From contig OZ223209.1 of NCBI GenBank assembly GCA_965140415.1, forward strand, positions 288,001 through 352,000: 64,000 nt of DNA, in the 5' to 3' direction. The translations under genes and the position numbers were made by a program. Positions 49,972 to 60,405 of the stretch are shown in pieces (position 1 is the stretch's first letter; the number at the start of each line of letters is the position of its first letter). Under the pieces are notes generated by a model. The model was not told the origin of the DNA and did no database searches. It was given only the letters and a program-made list of their open reading frames with translations. The DNA comes from Myxococcota bacterium. Its GTDB lineage: Bacteria; Myxococcota_A; SURF-8.

Positions 49972-50184
49972 ATGAGTGACGAGCAAAAAGACGACCTGCA
50001 AAAAGAGAAGAAACTGCCGGCGTTCGAAAACAACCGGGATTTACTGCTGTTTCTGTACGTTCTGATCAAGCAGAACCGCAAGTGGTGGCTGTTGCCCTTC
50101 TTGTTCGTGCTGGGAATTTTAAGTCTCTTCGTCAGCTTGACCGGCAATACCTCGCTGTTGCCCGCCATTTACGCCCTGTTCTAG
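49972..50184 (+). CDS. DUF5989-like small membrane protein (70 aa)
   Basis: RBS GAGGA. 'KQNRKWWLLP...TSLLPAIYALF' matches the family's KWWLxP...PxIYxLF signature. Confidence 0.8.
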   Translation: MSDEQKDDLQKEKKLPAFENNRDLLLFLYVLIKQNRKWWLLPFLFVLGILSLFVSLTGNTSLLPAIYALF

Positions 50185-50198
50185 GTCGGGATTCAGAA

Positions 50199-51671
50199 AT
50201 GGGTCAAGCTCCGACGCCAAGGCGTTTTCTCTTTATCCGCACCTTCAAGTTTCTCAAAGCCGGAGGACCGATTCCCCCGTTGGGGTTGTTGTACCTGGCT
50301 GCCTGTCTACGCAAACGCTTTGGTGACGACTTCCAGTTGCGCTTGGTCGATACCGGTTTGCTCGGGTTGGACGGCGTTAAACAGGCCATCACGGAATTCA
50401 ACCCGGATTACATCGGTATCAGCAGCATGAGTTGTGAAGAGGATTATCTCTTCGAGCTTTCCCGCTTTTGCAAGCAACAACACCCTGATTCTACAGTGAT
50501 TGTCGGTGGACCACATGCCACCGTAAGAAAGGAAGCGCTGCTTTCGGAACGCTCGCTGGATTATCTCGTTTTCGGCGAAGGCGAGGAAACGCTGGTGGAA
50601 TTATTGGAAGCGCTGGAAAACAAGAGCGATCCTTTGCAAGTGGCCGGAATCGCGGCGCGAACGGAACAGGGAGTGCAGACCAGTGAACAGCGTGCTCCGA
50701 TTGAAGATCTGGATGCCTTGCCCTTTCCGGCCTGGGATCTGATCGATGCCAGGGAATACGCCCGTTTTCCCAACTGGAACGGCTCGCTGAAAAAAGAATT
50801 CTACGCCGTGCTGGCCTCCTCGCGCGGTTGTCCCTACGGCTGTTTCTTTTGTCACAATCTGTTCGGTAAAACCGTGCGCGCCCGCTCGCCGGAAAGCGTC
50901 TTTGCCGAGTTGAAGTGGCTGCACGAAGAATACGGCGTGGAAGAAGTCCACATCCTGGACGATATCTTCAATTTCAACGCCGCACGTGCAACTCGTGTAA
51001 TGGAACTGGTGCTGGAATCGAAGATCGATTTCGCCTTTGCGTTTCCAAACGGTTTACGCGCCGACATCATGACCGAAGAACTGATCCGCATTCTCGCCAA
51101 AGCCGGAACCTATAAAATCAACTATGGTTTCGAAACGGCTTCTCCCCGCCTGCAAAAGCTGATCGGGAAAAACCTGAACGTGGAGAAAGCGGCGCGAACC
51201 TTCGAGTTGACCAGCCGGGCGGGTATTATTACCGGGGCTTATTTCATGCTGGGTTTTCCCACGCAGACGAGAGCGGAAATAGAGCATACCATCGACTTCG
51301 CCGCTCATTCCGCCCTGGATGTCGCTTACTTTTTCAAGGCGACGCCGTACCCTGGCAGTGGATTCTTTAACGAGGTCTTCGAGCAATCGTCCGATGAAGC
51401 TTCCGGGTTGAAGCAGATCGAGAATTACGGCGACTACCACTTCTATTCCGTCTCGCGTTCTTATGGCGAAGTGGATACAAACGAGTTGAACCTGTTGATG
51501 TTGCAGGCGCAACACCGGTTTTATTTCCGTTTCAGCCGCATCTGGCGCGTGTTCTGGAAAAGCAGCAAGAAAATGGAATTTCTGCATAACCTGTTGGAAG
51601 TCTTCGCGCTGTTGATTCAATCGTTTTTACTGAAACATCTGCTGGCAAGCGGCAAGGAGAAGACGCCGTGA
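50199..51671 (+). CDS. B12-binding radical SAM protein (class B methyltransferase-like)
   Basis: PPLGLLYLAA, VGGPHAT, GEGE (cobalamin-binding domain), SRGCPYGCFFC and FMLGFP. Confidence 0.92.
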   Translation: MGQAPTPRRFLFIRTFKFLKAGGPIPPLGLLYLAACLRKRFGDDFQLRLVDTGLLGLDGVKQAITEFNPDYIGISSMSCEEDYLFELSRFCKQQHPDSTVIVGGPHATVRKEALLSERSLDYLVFGEGEETLVELLEALENKSDPLQVAGIAARTEQGVQTSEQRAPIEDLDALPFPAWDLIDAREYARFPNWNGSLKKEFYAVLASSRGCPYGCFFCHNLFGKTVRARSPESVFAELKWLHEEYGVEEVHILDDIFNFNAARATRVMELVLESKIDFAFAFPNGLRADIMTEELIRILAKAGTYKINYGFETASPRLQKLIGKNLNVEKAARTFELTSRAGIITGAYFMLGFPTQTRAEIEHTIDFAAHSALDVAYFFKATPYPGSGFFNEVFEQSSDEASGLKQIENYGDYHFYSVSRSYGEVDTNELNLLMLQAQHRFYFRFSRIWRVFWKSSKKMEFLHNLLEVFALLIQSFLLKHLLASGKEKTP

Positions 51672-51841
51672 AGCGCATTCTGGCGTATCTAATCTGCCTG
51701 TTCGCCTTGCTGTTGCCCTGGCGGCTGCGGGTGGCCTTTGCCGGGTTATTGGGTTGGATTACCCAGGGGATTTACGGCCTGCTCTATGCCGTGATGCGCA
51801 TTCTGGTTAAAAACCTTCGTAACGACTCGGACAGCACATGA
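51668..51841 (+). CDS. Small hydrophobic protein (57 aa), not in the ORF track
   Basis: MKRILAYLICLFALLLPWRLRVAFAGLLGWITQGIYGLLYAVMRILVKNLRNDSDST. GTGA overlap with the upstream stop and ATGA overlap with the downstream start. Confidence 0.8.
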   Translation: MKRILAYLICLFALLLPWRLRVAFAGLLGWITQGIYGLLYAVMRILVKNLRNDSDST

Positions 51842-52728
51842 CCAAAAGCCGTCAGATCGCCATTCTGTTTTCAGGCGGTACGGATTCGACTGCTGCCACA
51901 GCGCTGCTTGCCGAGCAATATGACCGGGTGCATCTGCTTTCCTATTTTCATTCCGGTTCGGCGCAGCCGAAAAACGCCGCCACCAACATTCCCAAGTTGG
52001 TCGAGTTGTACGGCGACAAGTTCGAGCATCACATTTTTTCCACCGACAAGTTATTTCGCCATTTCACCTACGAGCGCTATTTCAAAAACCTGCGCCGGTA
52101 CGGCTTGTTCAACCTGACGAGTTGCGGTTTCTGCAAACTGGCCATGCACGTGCGCACGCTGGTTTATTGCCTGGATCATGATATTATCGAAGTTGCAGAC
52201 GGTGCCAACCGGCACATGTCGCACTTTCCGGCACAGATGAAAGCCATGCTCGATCCGCTGCGTGAACTGTACGCCCATTTTCACATTTCGTTTGAAAATC
52301 CGGTGTTCGAATACGAGAACCCGCGTGAAATCGATTGGATACACAAGCTCGGCCTGGCGGATCTGGCGCAATCGTCCTCCAAAAAGAAGCTTGCTGAAAA
52401 AGAGGAAGCAGCTGAGGTTTCTGCAAAAACCACCGGCGATTTGCTACTGGAGCGCGGTATTCTTTCCAACGCGAATGTCAAAGGGACGGCGACCGACCGC
52501 AAGATGCAGGCGCGTTGCTTTCAACTGACGCTGCTAAACGCCTTTGCTTTAGGCTACTTCATTCCAACAAAGGGCATGGATGCCTACCAGCAGGGCATCT
52601 CGCGCTTTTATACGGAAAAGATTTCCGTGGCGGAAGAGTTGTTACAGGACTATCGGGAGCGAGGAAACGAAAGCCGTTTGGCCGGGCTAGTCGAGCGTAA
52701 TGATCTTGGGGAACATGATGCCTCGTAA
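51838..52728 (+). CDS. PP-loop (AANH superfamily) ATPase, QueC/LarE/TtcA-like
   Basis: LFSGGTDS PP-loop, CGFCK, VADGAN and a later Cys (ARC). Confidence 0.75.
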   Translation: MTKSRQIAILFSGGTDSTAATALLAEQYDRVHLLSYFHSGSAQPKNAATNIPKLVELYGDKFEHHIFSTDKLFRHFTYERYFKNLRRYGLFNLTSCGFCKLAMHVRTLVYCLDHDIIEVADGANRHMSHFPAQMKAMLDPLRELYAHFHISFENPVFEYENPREIDWIHKLGLADLAQSSSKKKLAEKEEAAEVSAKTTGDLLLERGILSNANVKGTATDRKMQARCFQLTLLNAFALGYFIPTKGMDAYQQGISRFYTEKISVAEELLQDYRERGNESRLAGLVERNDLGEHDAS

Positions 52729-54004
52729 AACCTCGGCAGACACCACGATGTCCTATCCGGTTTTAGGAAAACTGCTGGCTTTGGGATTCGGCCTGTTTCT
52801 GCTGGTCGTACTGGAACTGGTTGCCAGACTCGCCCTGCCGGAAAGCCACCTGGATCGGATTCTGGATATTTTACAGCAGGACGCAACCCTCTTCTGGCGA
52901 CAGCGACCCGAATTGAATACGATGTTCGCCGGAACCGAAGTCACGACCAATGAAATCGGGCTGCGCATTGCACCTGACTCGAACGCATCGATTTTGAAGA
53001 AGCAGGCAGAAGTTCCGCGCATCGTCTGCATGGGCGCTTCGCCGACCTTCGGTTGGGGAGTTACGGAGAAACAAGCCTACAGCCGCCGGCTTGAACCGCT
53101 GCTTTCCGAAAAACTGGGGAAGCCGGTCGAAGTCATCAACGGCGGGATGATCGGGTATTCCTCGCTGCAAGGTGCGCGTTTTTTCGAGCGGGAAATCCTG
53201 CCATTGCAACCGGATTGGATCACGGTCTCCTACGTTATCAACGATGTGGACAAATACCGCTTTTTCCGCACGGATGGCCGCCCGGATCGTGAACTGAAAC
53301 CGCTGGATGAAACGGGCGTCTGGCTGCGGAATCTGCTGATGAAAAGTGCGTTTTATCGACTGTATGAGCGCAGCCTGCATGTGATGCTGCAACGGCGCGG
53401 ACAGTTGGACGGAAAACCGCTGCGGCTTTATCGCCCCGGCGAGGTGCGTGTACCACCGCAAGATTACGTAAGCAACCTGGCGACCTTTGCCGATCTCTGC
53501 AAGCAGCACCATATCGGCCTGCTGTTTGTTGCCATGCCCATCAATCTGCCTGTTGGAAAAAAGCTGTCGGCCAAAGAGCGACAACGAGCGTCGGAGTTTT
53601 TGCAGGAAGGTCTGCGCCTGGCGGCTGCCGATCGGTGCGAGCAGGCGTTAGAGCCTTTACAGAAAGCGGTTGAATTGAATCCCGACGCCAGCGAGGCGCA
53701 CTACCAGCTTGGTGTCTGCTATTCCGAACTGGGTAAGGAGCCGGAGGCGCGCGCGGCTTTCGACGCCGCCATGCTCAGCGAGGCTCATCGCTGTGGAGCG
53801 GATGGACTGCGCTACAACGACCTGCTACGCGAATTTGCCGGGCAACGACGCATTCCCCTGGCGGATGTCGCAAGCGTCTTTAGAAACGAACAGGAAGAAT
53901 TGTTTCTGGTGCAGGCCGGAGACCCGATTCACCCCAACGCCAAAGGCCACGCCATCATCGCCCGACTGTTGGCCGAGACGCTGTCGAACTTCATGACACG
54001 CTGA
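52715..54004 (+). CDS. Membrane-anchored SGNH/GDSL hydrolase with a TPR insertion
   Basis: N-terminal TM 'LELVARL', MGASPTFGWG, INGGMIGYSS, IND, TPR 'AVELNPDASEAHYQLG' and DPIHPNAKGH. Confidence 0.88.
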   Translation: MMPRKTSADTTMSYPVLGKLLALGFGLFLLVVLELVARLALPESHLDRILDILQQDATLFWRQRPELNTMFAGTEVTTNEIGLRIAPDSNASILKKQAEVPRIVCMGASPTFGWGVTEKQAYSRRLEPLLSEKLGKPVEVINGGMIGYSSLQGARFFEREILPLQPDWITVSYVINDVDKYRFFRTDGRPDRELKPLDETGVWLRNLLMKSAFYRLYERSLHVMLQRRGQLDGKPLRLYRPGEVRVPPQDYVSNLATFADLCKQHHIGLLFVAMPINLPVGKKLSAKERQRASEFLQEGLRLAAADRCEQALEPLQKAVELNPDASEAHYQLGVCYSELGKEPEARAAFDAAMLSEAHRCGADGLRYNDLLREFAGQRRIPLADVASVFRNEQEELFLVQAGDPIHPNAKGHAIIARLLAETLSNFMTR

Positions 54005-54296
54005 GTGTTGGGGTTTTTCTACTCATCGCCGTCAATTTCCGTACAACCAATGCAATCCATGTCCAGCTATAAGTCAGGCAGATTTTACCCGACAAAAAAC
54101 ATATCGGACTACGACTGGGGTTGCTCAACCCATGATGATTTCACCTTGCTTAGAATTGGACAAAACCTGGTGAAAGGTGTAAGAATATAGGAACTTACGA
54201 AGCAGGCGGACGGATTCAATCGGTGGATGTTGTGGCAACAGTCCCAAGATACCTGGTGCGCCTGTGCATAGCCCGGAAATTCAAACGGAAACAACC

Positions 54297-56672
54297 ATGA
54301 ACCAGACTGAAAACAAACGTGCGATCCTGCTGCCGTTCGTGGTATTCATCACCATTTCCCTGGTCTTTCTGGGGATCTGGGTGTCCTCTCGGCAACAGCA
54401 AAAGAATGTTCGGGAAAACCGCACTGCCCAGATTGCCGAACAGGTAGCGATCCGGCTGGAAACCTATTTCGAAACTCGTTTCGATATTGTAGGCATGATG
54501 AAAGTCGAATGGGAGCAGGGCAGGCTTCATCAAAAAGATGAATTCCGCAAGCGCGCACTGTATATCCAGAAGCAATTCGAAGGGCTACTGGCCATCAACT
54601 GGATCGATCCCGAGGGGGTGATTCGCTGGGTGGTGCCGGAGGAAGAAAACCATTCCGCACTGAATCGTGATCTGAAACGCCATCCCGGTGGTGCCTCGAA
54701 AACATTCATGCTGGCTTATGAAAGCAGCCAATTTCAGGTTACGCCGCCCATCGATCTGTTGCAGGGCGGACGTGGTATTGCCGGGTATTTCCCTTTGTCT
54801 CTCCAAGGCAAACAGGACGGATACTTAAACGCTGTTTTCCGATTGAAACCTTTGGTGGAAAACTGCCTGTCGCGCGGTGTGTTGAAAAACTACGCCTTTG
54901 TTCTGCACGATGGTGCGCACAAGGTGTATCAGAACGGAACGGATGACGCTTTGGCCGGGAACATCATGCAATCCGCGCAAATGCTGACCGTCGGAAACCG
55001 GCAGTGGAGCCTGCAACTGATGCCCATGCCGGCGACTCTGGCTCGATACCAGACCAATATGCATCATTACTTTCTGGCCCTGGGTTTCGTGCTGGCTTTC
55101 GGGCTGGCCTATCTTACCCGGCGTCTGATTCTTCGCGAACAGGCCTTATCCGAAAGTGAGCATAAGTTCCGCGCGCTGGCCGACTCTACCAGCGCCGCGA
55201 TTTTCATTTCCTATGACGATCACTATATCTATGCCAACCCAGCGGCCATTCGCCACACCGGGTACAGTTTCGAAGAGCTTTGCAAGATGAACCCGGAACA
55301 GATCCTGCACCCGGATAGCATGGCCTACATCATGCGCTTGCGTGAACGGGCAAGGCGGTTGAATGAAGCAATACCTTCCCGGCTGGAGCTACGAGTGGTT
55401 ACGGCGGATGAAAGTGAACGTACCGTAGAGGTGACTTACGGAAGCTTCGAGCTTGGCGGAGTTCCTGCCGTGATTACCACCTCTTTCGACGTCACCGAGC
55501 GCAAACAGGCGGAACAGAAACTACGCGAGGAGGAGCATAAATACCGTACCATTTTCGAGACCAGCGGCAGCGCCATGGTGAGTCTGGATAAGGACGCCAT
55601 CATTTTACTGGCCAATAAGGAATTCGAGAAACTGAGCGGATACACCCGGAAGGAAATCGAAGGCACGAACCTCTGGTCGAAGCTGCTCGATGCGGAAAGT
55701 CTGCAAAAACTGGAGAAACTCCGCAAACTGGACGATCTGGACGAGAAACTGACGACACATAGCCAGGAAATGGTTCTGATTAACCGCAACGGGAAAACCA
55801 TCGATTGTCTCAGCCTGATCAACGTGGTTCCCGGTACCGATCAATGGGTCATGTCGTTTGTGGATATCAGCGAACGTAAACAGGCCGAATTGCAGATGCT
55901 GCGCGCGGAGAAAATGGCGGCTTTGGGGCAGATTATCGCCGGTGTCGCGCACGAGATCAATAACCCCAACAACTTTATCTATTTCAATCTTCCCATTCTC
56001 AAGCGCTATGTGGATGCCATCCGACCGATCCTCGATCGGGAGGCCGAGGAAGTAGAGCATCTGCGCATTTTGAACATGTCCTACCATGCCTTTTTGGAGG
56101 ATCTGTACAAGCTGATTGAAAACATGCAGGACGGCTCGGAGCGCATTACGGGAATCGTATCCGAATTGAAGAATTATATCCGCAGTCACGAAGCGCAGGA
56201 GAAAAAGCCGGAGCCGATTGCGGCGATGGTCGATCGTGTCATGATCCTGGTGGGCAAGCAGGTTCGGAAAATGGTCAAGCATATGGAAATCGAACTCGAT
56301 CCCGACCTGCCCAAGGTGCTGGTGCATTCGGGAAAAATCGAACAGGTGCTGATCAACCTGATCATCAATGCAGGCCAGGCGGCGAATAAAGCGGACAGTC
56401 GCGTGCGCGTGTCCGCCAATCGACACCCGCAAAACCGGAAAATCGTACAATTGCGTATACAGGACAACGGCTCGGGCATCGACAAAGAATTGCGCGAGAA
56501 GATCTTCGATCCCTTTTTTACCACCAAAAGCCGGGATTCAGGCACCGGACTGGGCCTGGCGATCAGTCAGCGTATCATCGAAGAACATGACGGTCGCCTC
56601 TTTCTCGACGAAACGGAAGCGGAAACGACCTTTATTATTGAACTTCCCATGGCAGAAAGCGAATACGCATGA
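54297..56672 (+). CDS. Sensor histidine kinase (CHASE-like, 2 PAS, HisKA, HATPase)
   Basis: Two TM helices, PAS repeats, [23 protein letters not shown] and GTGLGL. Confidence 0.93.
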   Translation: MNQTENKRAILLPFVVFITISLVFLGIWVSSRQQQKNVRENRTAQIAEQVAIRLETYFETRFDIVGMMKVEWEQGRLHQKDEFRKRALYIQKQFEGLLAINWIDPEGVIRWVVPEEENHSALNRDLKRHPGGASKTFMLAYESSQFQVTPPIDLLQGGRGIAGYFPLSLQGKQDGYLNAVFRLKPLVENCLSRGVLKNYAFVLHDGAHKVYQNGTDDALAGNIMQSAQMLTVGNRQWSLQLMPMPATLARYQTNMHHYFLALGFVLAFGLAYLTRRLILREQALSESEHKFRALADSTSAAIFISYDDHYIYANPAAIRHTGYSFEELCKMNPEQILHPDSMAYIMRLRERARRLNEAIPSRLELRVVTADESERTVEVTYGSFELGGVPAVITTSFDVTERKQAEQKLREEEHKYRTIFETSGSAMVSLDKDAIILLANKEFEKLSGYTRKEIEGTNLWSKLLDAESLQKLEKLRKLDDLDEKLTTHSQEMVLINRNGKTIDCLSLINVVPGTDQWVMSFVDISERKQAELQMLRAEKMAALGQIIAGVAHEINNPNNFIYFNLPILKRYVDAIRPILDREAEEVEHLRILNMSYHAFLEDLYKLIENMQDGSERITGIVSELKNYIRSHEAQEKKPEPIAAMVDRVMILVGKQVRKMVKHMEIELDPDLPKVLVHSGKIEQVLINLIINAGQAANKADSRVRVSANRHPQNRKIVQLRIQDNGSGIDKELREKIFDPFFTTKSRDSGTGLGLAISQRIIEEHDGRLFLDETEAETTFIIELPMAESEYA

Positions 56673-58030
56673 GAGCGTCTGTGTTGATTGTAGATGACGA
56701 ACAGGCTTTTTTAGATAGTCTGGCGCGGATGCTGCGCATGGAAGGATACGAAAATCTCTGTATCCGTTCCGATTCGACCCAGGTTCCGCAACTCATTGAA
56801 AAGCAGCGTTTCGATGTGGCTTTTCTGGATGTAACCATGCCCGAGCTAGATGGCATGGACCTGTTGAAAATCATTAAAGAAAAACAACCCCAGACGGAAT
56901 GCATCATGTTGACGGCGCAGGACAGCATCCAGACCGTCATGCAGGCCACACGCTTGGGTGCTTATGATTATCTGATAAAACCGATTCTGCCGGAGCGGGT
57001 GATTCACAGCCTGGAAAAAGCACTGGAACATCGACGTTTACTGGAATCGCTGCGCATGCGTTCGGAAACCGCACAAGCGCAGACACTGAATCAACCTGAA
57101 GCCTTTCAAGCCATCGTGACCGGCAATTCGCGAATGCTGAAACTGCTGCACGAAGCGGAACTGCATGCCGCCAGCAGAATTCCGGTTCTGATTACCGGTG
57201 AAACCGGAGTCGGCAAGGAACTGTTGGCGCAGGCGGTGCATCGTTGCAGCCGGATGCGGCAGGGAGCCTTCGTTCCCGTAAATATGCTGGCGCTTTCGCC
57301 TACGTTATTCGAGTCGGAATTTTTCGGCCATGTCAAAGGTGCATTCACCGGCGCGGAGCGCAACAAAACGGGCTATCTTGCCTCTGCCGATCAGGGCAGC
57401 CTGTTCCTGGATGAAATCGGCGATTTGAGCCTGGAAATACAAGGCAAGCTGCTGCGTATTTTACAAGAGGGAGAATTCACTCCGGTCGGCAGCAGCCAAT
57501 CCCGACCGGCAAACGTCCGCTTCATCGCCGCGACCAATCAGAATCTGGAAGAACAGGTCCGCAAACAGCTTTTCCGCAAGGATCTGTTTTATCGACTTCA
57601 ATTCGCCCATTTGCATCTGCCTCCTTTGCGGGAGCGCCGCGACGATATTCCTCTTTTGTGCGCACACGCGCTGGAGCGGTTCGGCAAGGAAGACATGTGC
57701 CTTTCAGATGCCGCGCTACAGCGCTTGCAGCAGCACGACTGGCCCGGCAATGTGCGCGAATTGATGGGAATTCTGGAGGCGGCGGTCAACCTGGCCGAGC
57801 AGGGAGAAATTCTTCCATCTCACTTGCGGTTACCAAAATCTTCCAGCCCAAAACCTTTGCCTGCCAATCCGTTGGCAATGGATGAGCTGCAACCGCTGGA
57901 AGACATCGAACGGGAGCATATTCTACGTGTTTACAATGCGTTGGATCACAATAAAAGCCAAACTGCGCGCGCCTTGGGCATCGGTCTGCAAACCCTGCAT
58001 CGAAAACTGAAAAGTTACGAAGTTTCCTGA
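56669..58030 (+). CDS. Sigma54-dependent NtrC-family response regulator
   Basis: REC domain, GETGVGKE, GAFTGA, WPGNVREL and a Fis HTH. Confidence 0.95.
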   Translation: MRASVLIVDDEQAFLDSLARMLRMEGYENLCIRSDSTQVPQLIEKQRFDVAFLDVTMPELDGMDLLKIIKEKQPQTECIMLTAQDSIQTVMQATRLGAYDYLIKPILPERVIHSLEKALEHRRLLESLRMRSETAQAQTLNQPEAFQAIVTGNSRMLKLLHEAELHAASRIPVLITGETGVGKELLAQAVHRCSRMRQGAFVPVNMLALSPTLFESEFFGHVKGAFTGAERNKTGYLASADQGSLFLDEIGDLSLEIQGKLLRILQEGEFTPVGSSQSRPANVRFIAATNQNLEEQVRKQLFRKDLFYRLQFAHLHLPPLRERRDDIPLLCAHALERFGKEDMCLSDAALQRLQQHDWPGNVRELMGILEAAVNLAEQGEILPSHLRLPKSSSPKPLPANPLAMDELQPLEDIEREHILRVYNALDHNKSQTARALGIGLQTLHRKLKSYEVS

Positions 58031-58067
58031 ATCCACCTGAATGGGAATTTGTCTGATTATTCTGGAC

Positions 58068-58143
58068 TATACCATTTTGGTACAATTCCAAAGTTCAGCT
58101 CTGATATTATGAACTTATCCTCGTGGTGTACCATTTTGAGATA
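58068..58143. promoter_or_regulatory. Two NtrC-type upstream activator sites
   Basis: TATACCA-TTT-TGGTACA (58068-84) and TGTACCA-TTT-TGAGATA (58127-43) resemble TGCACCA-N3-TGGTGCA. Confidence 0.65.
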
Positions 58144-58229
58144 GTTGAATCTCTCCGTAAGAACTAACCGTCTTTTGTTAAAATTTCGCAACAACATGAA
58201 AATACACAAGATTGTCTGCGACCAAAGAG

Positions 58230-58246
58230 TTGGTATGTGCCTTGCA
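58230..58246 (+). promoter_or_regulatory. Sigma54 (-24/-12) promoter
   Basis: TTGGTATGTGCCTTGCA, i.e. GG-N10-GC. Confidence 0.75.
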
Positions 58247-58325
58247 AATACTATTTGCGAAGTTAACATGGTTGGCGGAAAAAAGTATGTTTATTGAAAC
58301 GCAACAAACGGAAGTTTTTCATAAA

Positions 58326-58730
58326 ATGGCAGATAAGAAAATCACTGTACTGCTAGTGGATGACGAGCCAGTGCAGGTTGAGAGCATCTGTCGAGGCTTG
58401 TTCATGTATCAGTACGAGTGGCAAACCGCAAGTAATGCAAAAGATGCCATGGAAATCCTGCAAGGACCGCAAGGAGTGAATATCGATTTACTTTTAACGG
58501 ACTTGACGATGCCGGGTCGTAGCGGCCTGGAATTGATTCAGCAAGCACGCACGCTCTTTCCCTCGCTGAAAGTCATGATCATCAGCGGACTGGGACTGAC
58601 CCCGGCAATTTTGCAGGTAGCCGAGCAAGGCATTCCGATTCTAGAAAAACCTTTCAGCCCGGATAAGCTGGACCAGCGCATTCGCAACCTGGTTTTCTCT
58701 TCCGAGGCCATCACAGGAAAGGAACAATAA
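58326..58730 (+). CDS. Single-domain response regulator
   Basis: LLVDDE, LTDLTMPGRSG, ISG and EKPF. Alternative start at 58287. Confidence 0.9.
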   Translation: MADKKITVLLVDDEPVQVESICRGLFMYQYEWQTASNAKDAMEILQGPQGVNIDLLLTDLTMPGRSGLELIQQARTLFPSLKVMIISGLGLTPAILQVAEQGIPILEKPFSPDKLDQRIRNLVFSSEAITGKEQ

Positions 58731-58805
58731 GAGTTTTCCCACCACAATTACCCAATCCCCAAGTAGTATTTCCCAAAGCCCCCATCCCCTATCCCCACTA
58801 TTTGT

Positions 58806-58840
58806 CCGGAGGAGGCGCAAGCCTCCTCCGGGAAGCCTAC
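58806..58840 (-). repeat. GTAG-type REP / perfect hairpin between convergent genes
   Basis: Minus strand GTAG-GCTTC-CCGGAGGAGGC-TTGC-GCCTCCTCCGG. Confidence 0.6.
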
Positions 58841-58862
58841 CTTTATGGGATAGCTATTAACG

Positions 58863-59792
58863 TTATTGCTGGTTGAACAAGGGAGTGGAAAGATAGCGCT
58901 CGCCGTTACTTGGAATGATAACGACGATCAGCTTGCCTTTCATGTCCGAGCGCTGCGCCAGCTTCAACGCGGCGGTGACGTTGGCTCCCGAACTGATGCC
59001 CGCCAGAATGCCCTCTTCCTTGGCCAGGCGCCGCGACATTTCGAAGGCTTCGTCATTGGTTACGGTAACGATTTCGTCCACCAGATCCATTTGCAGCACG
59101 TCCGGAACGAATCCTGCACCGATTCCTTGGATTTTGTGCGGTCCCGGCGTTCCGCCCGACAAAACGGGAGAATCCGTCGGTTCTACGGCAACAGCCAGCA
59201 AACCGGGTTTGCGTTCCTTCAATACCTGGCTCAATCCGGTAATCGTGCCGCCGGTACCCACTCCGGCTACAACGACATCCACCTGGCCATCGGTGTCTTC
59301 CCAGATTTCTTCGGCGGTAGTGAGGCGATGCGCTTCCGGGTTGGCGGGATTCGCGAATTGCTGCGGCATGAAATACTTTCCGGGATCTTTGGCTGCAATC
59401 TCCTCGGCTTTGGCAATCGCGCCCTTCATGCCTTCGCCACCCGGTGTCAGGATGATTTCCGCCCCATAGGCCTTGAGCAGTAAGCGTCGTTCCTGGGACA
59501 TCGTCTCGGGCATGGTAAGAATGCAACTGTAGCCCTTGGCGGCGGCAACGAAGGCCAGTGCGATACCGGTGTTTCCAGAAGTCGGTTCGACGATGGTCAT
59601 CCCGGCTTGCAGGCGACCATCGGCTTCTGCGGCGGCAATCATGTTGCTGCCGATACGATCCTTTACACTGCCTGCCGGATTGTAATATTCCAGTTTAGCC
59701 ACGATTTTGGCTCCGGCATTATAGGTGATCCGATTCAGTTTCACCAGCGGCGTATGGCCGACTAACTCCACGACATTGTCATATATTTTCAT
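58863..59792 (-). CDS. cysK: Cysteine synthase A
   Basis: [33 protein letters not shown] and ERYLST. Confidence 0.96.
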   Translation of the reverse strand: MKIYDNVVELVGHTPLVKLNRITYNAGAKIVAKLEYYNPAGSVKDRIGSNMIAAAEADGRLQAGMTIVEPTSGNTGIALAFVAAAKGYSCILTMPETMSQERRLLLKAYGAEIILTPGGEGMKGAIAKAEEIAAKDPGKYFMPQQFANPANPEAHRLTTAEEIWEDTDGQVDVVVAGVGTGGTITGLSQVLKERKPGLLAVAVEPTDSPVLSGGTPGPHKIQGIGAGFVPDVLQMDLVDEIVTVTNDEAFEMSRRLAKEEGILAGISSGANVTAALKLAQRSDMKGKLIVVIIPSNGERYLSTPLFNQQ

Positions 59793-59869
59793 AACGGTTC
59801 CTCTTTGTTTGACTGTGGTTGCTTTTCCCACATGCAAATCGTAGCGATACGATTCAAGACAGTTTTCAC

Positions 59870-60319
59870 TTAGATGTAATACATGTTTTCCTGGCTGTTT
59901 TGAGCGTGTAGCTCAAGCTGTCGATTGGCTACATCGGCCAAGCTGCGATTTTCGAGAATGTTGCTGATGGCGTCGTGAACTTCGTCCCACAATTCATGTG
60001 TCGCGCAGCGCCGCACAAGACGACAGGGATGGTTGTCATGGCTACACTCCACCGGGGCAAGCGACCCTTCCAGTGCCTGCAAAATGGTGGAAATATAAAC
60101 TTCCTCCGGAGGGTTGCTCAATCGATAGCCGCCACGCGCACCACGCACACCCAGCACCAATCCGGCAGCCCGTAGCGGTGTTACCAATTGTTCCAGATAC
60201 TTAAGCGATACCATTTGCCGACGGGCGACATCTTTAAGCAGCACCGAACCTTCGTTGTAATGAATTGCCAGATCCACCATAGCACGTAGACCGTATCGAC
60301 CGCGAGTTGAGAGCTTCAT
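59870..60319 (-). CDS. Rrf2-family transcriptional regulator (IscR/CymR-like)
   Basis: [26 protein letters not shown], three Cys (VEC...C....C) plus His. Confidence 0.92.
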   Translation of the reverse strand: MKLSTRGRYGLRAMVDLAIHYNEGSVLLKDVARRQMVSLKYLEQLVTPLRAAGLVLGVRGARGGYRLSNPPEEVYISTILQALEGSLAPVECSHDNHPCRLVRRCATHELWDEVHDAISNILENRSLADVANRQLELHAQNSQENMYYI

Positions 60320-60376
60320 GTTTCCGCCTCCGAAGATGAATTCCTATTATTCATATCAGATAACCAATGAGACGAA

Positions 60377-60405
60377 AAGGTATCTTGTATTATTCCCACT
60401 GTCAA
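60377..60405 (-). promoter_or_regulatory. Sigma70-type promoter for rrf2-cysK
   Basis: Minus strand TTGACA-17 bp-TACCTT in an AT-rich region. Confidence 0.55.

Noticed and set aside
49972-50184. Classical RiPP precursor call for the DUF5989-like peptide
   Set aside because: It looks like a membrane protein, and there is no leader motif, RRE domain, peptidase or exporter nearby; kept only as a minor alternative.
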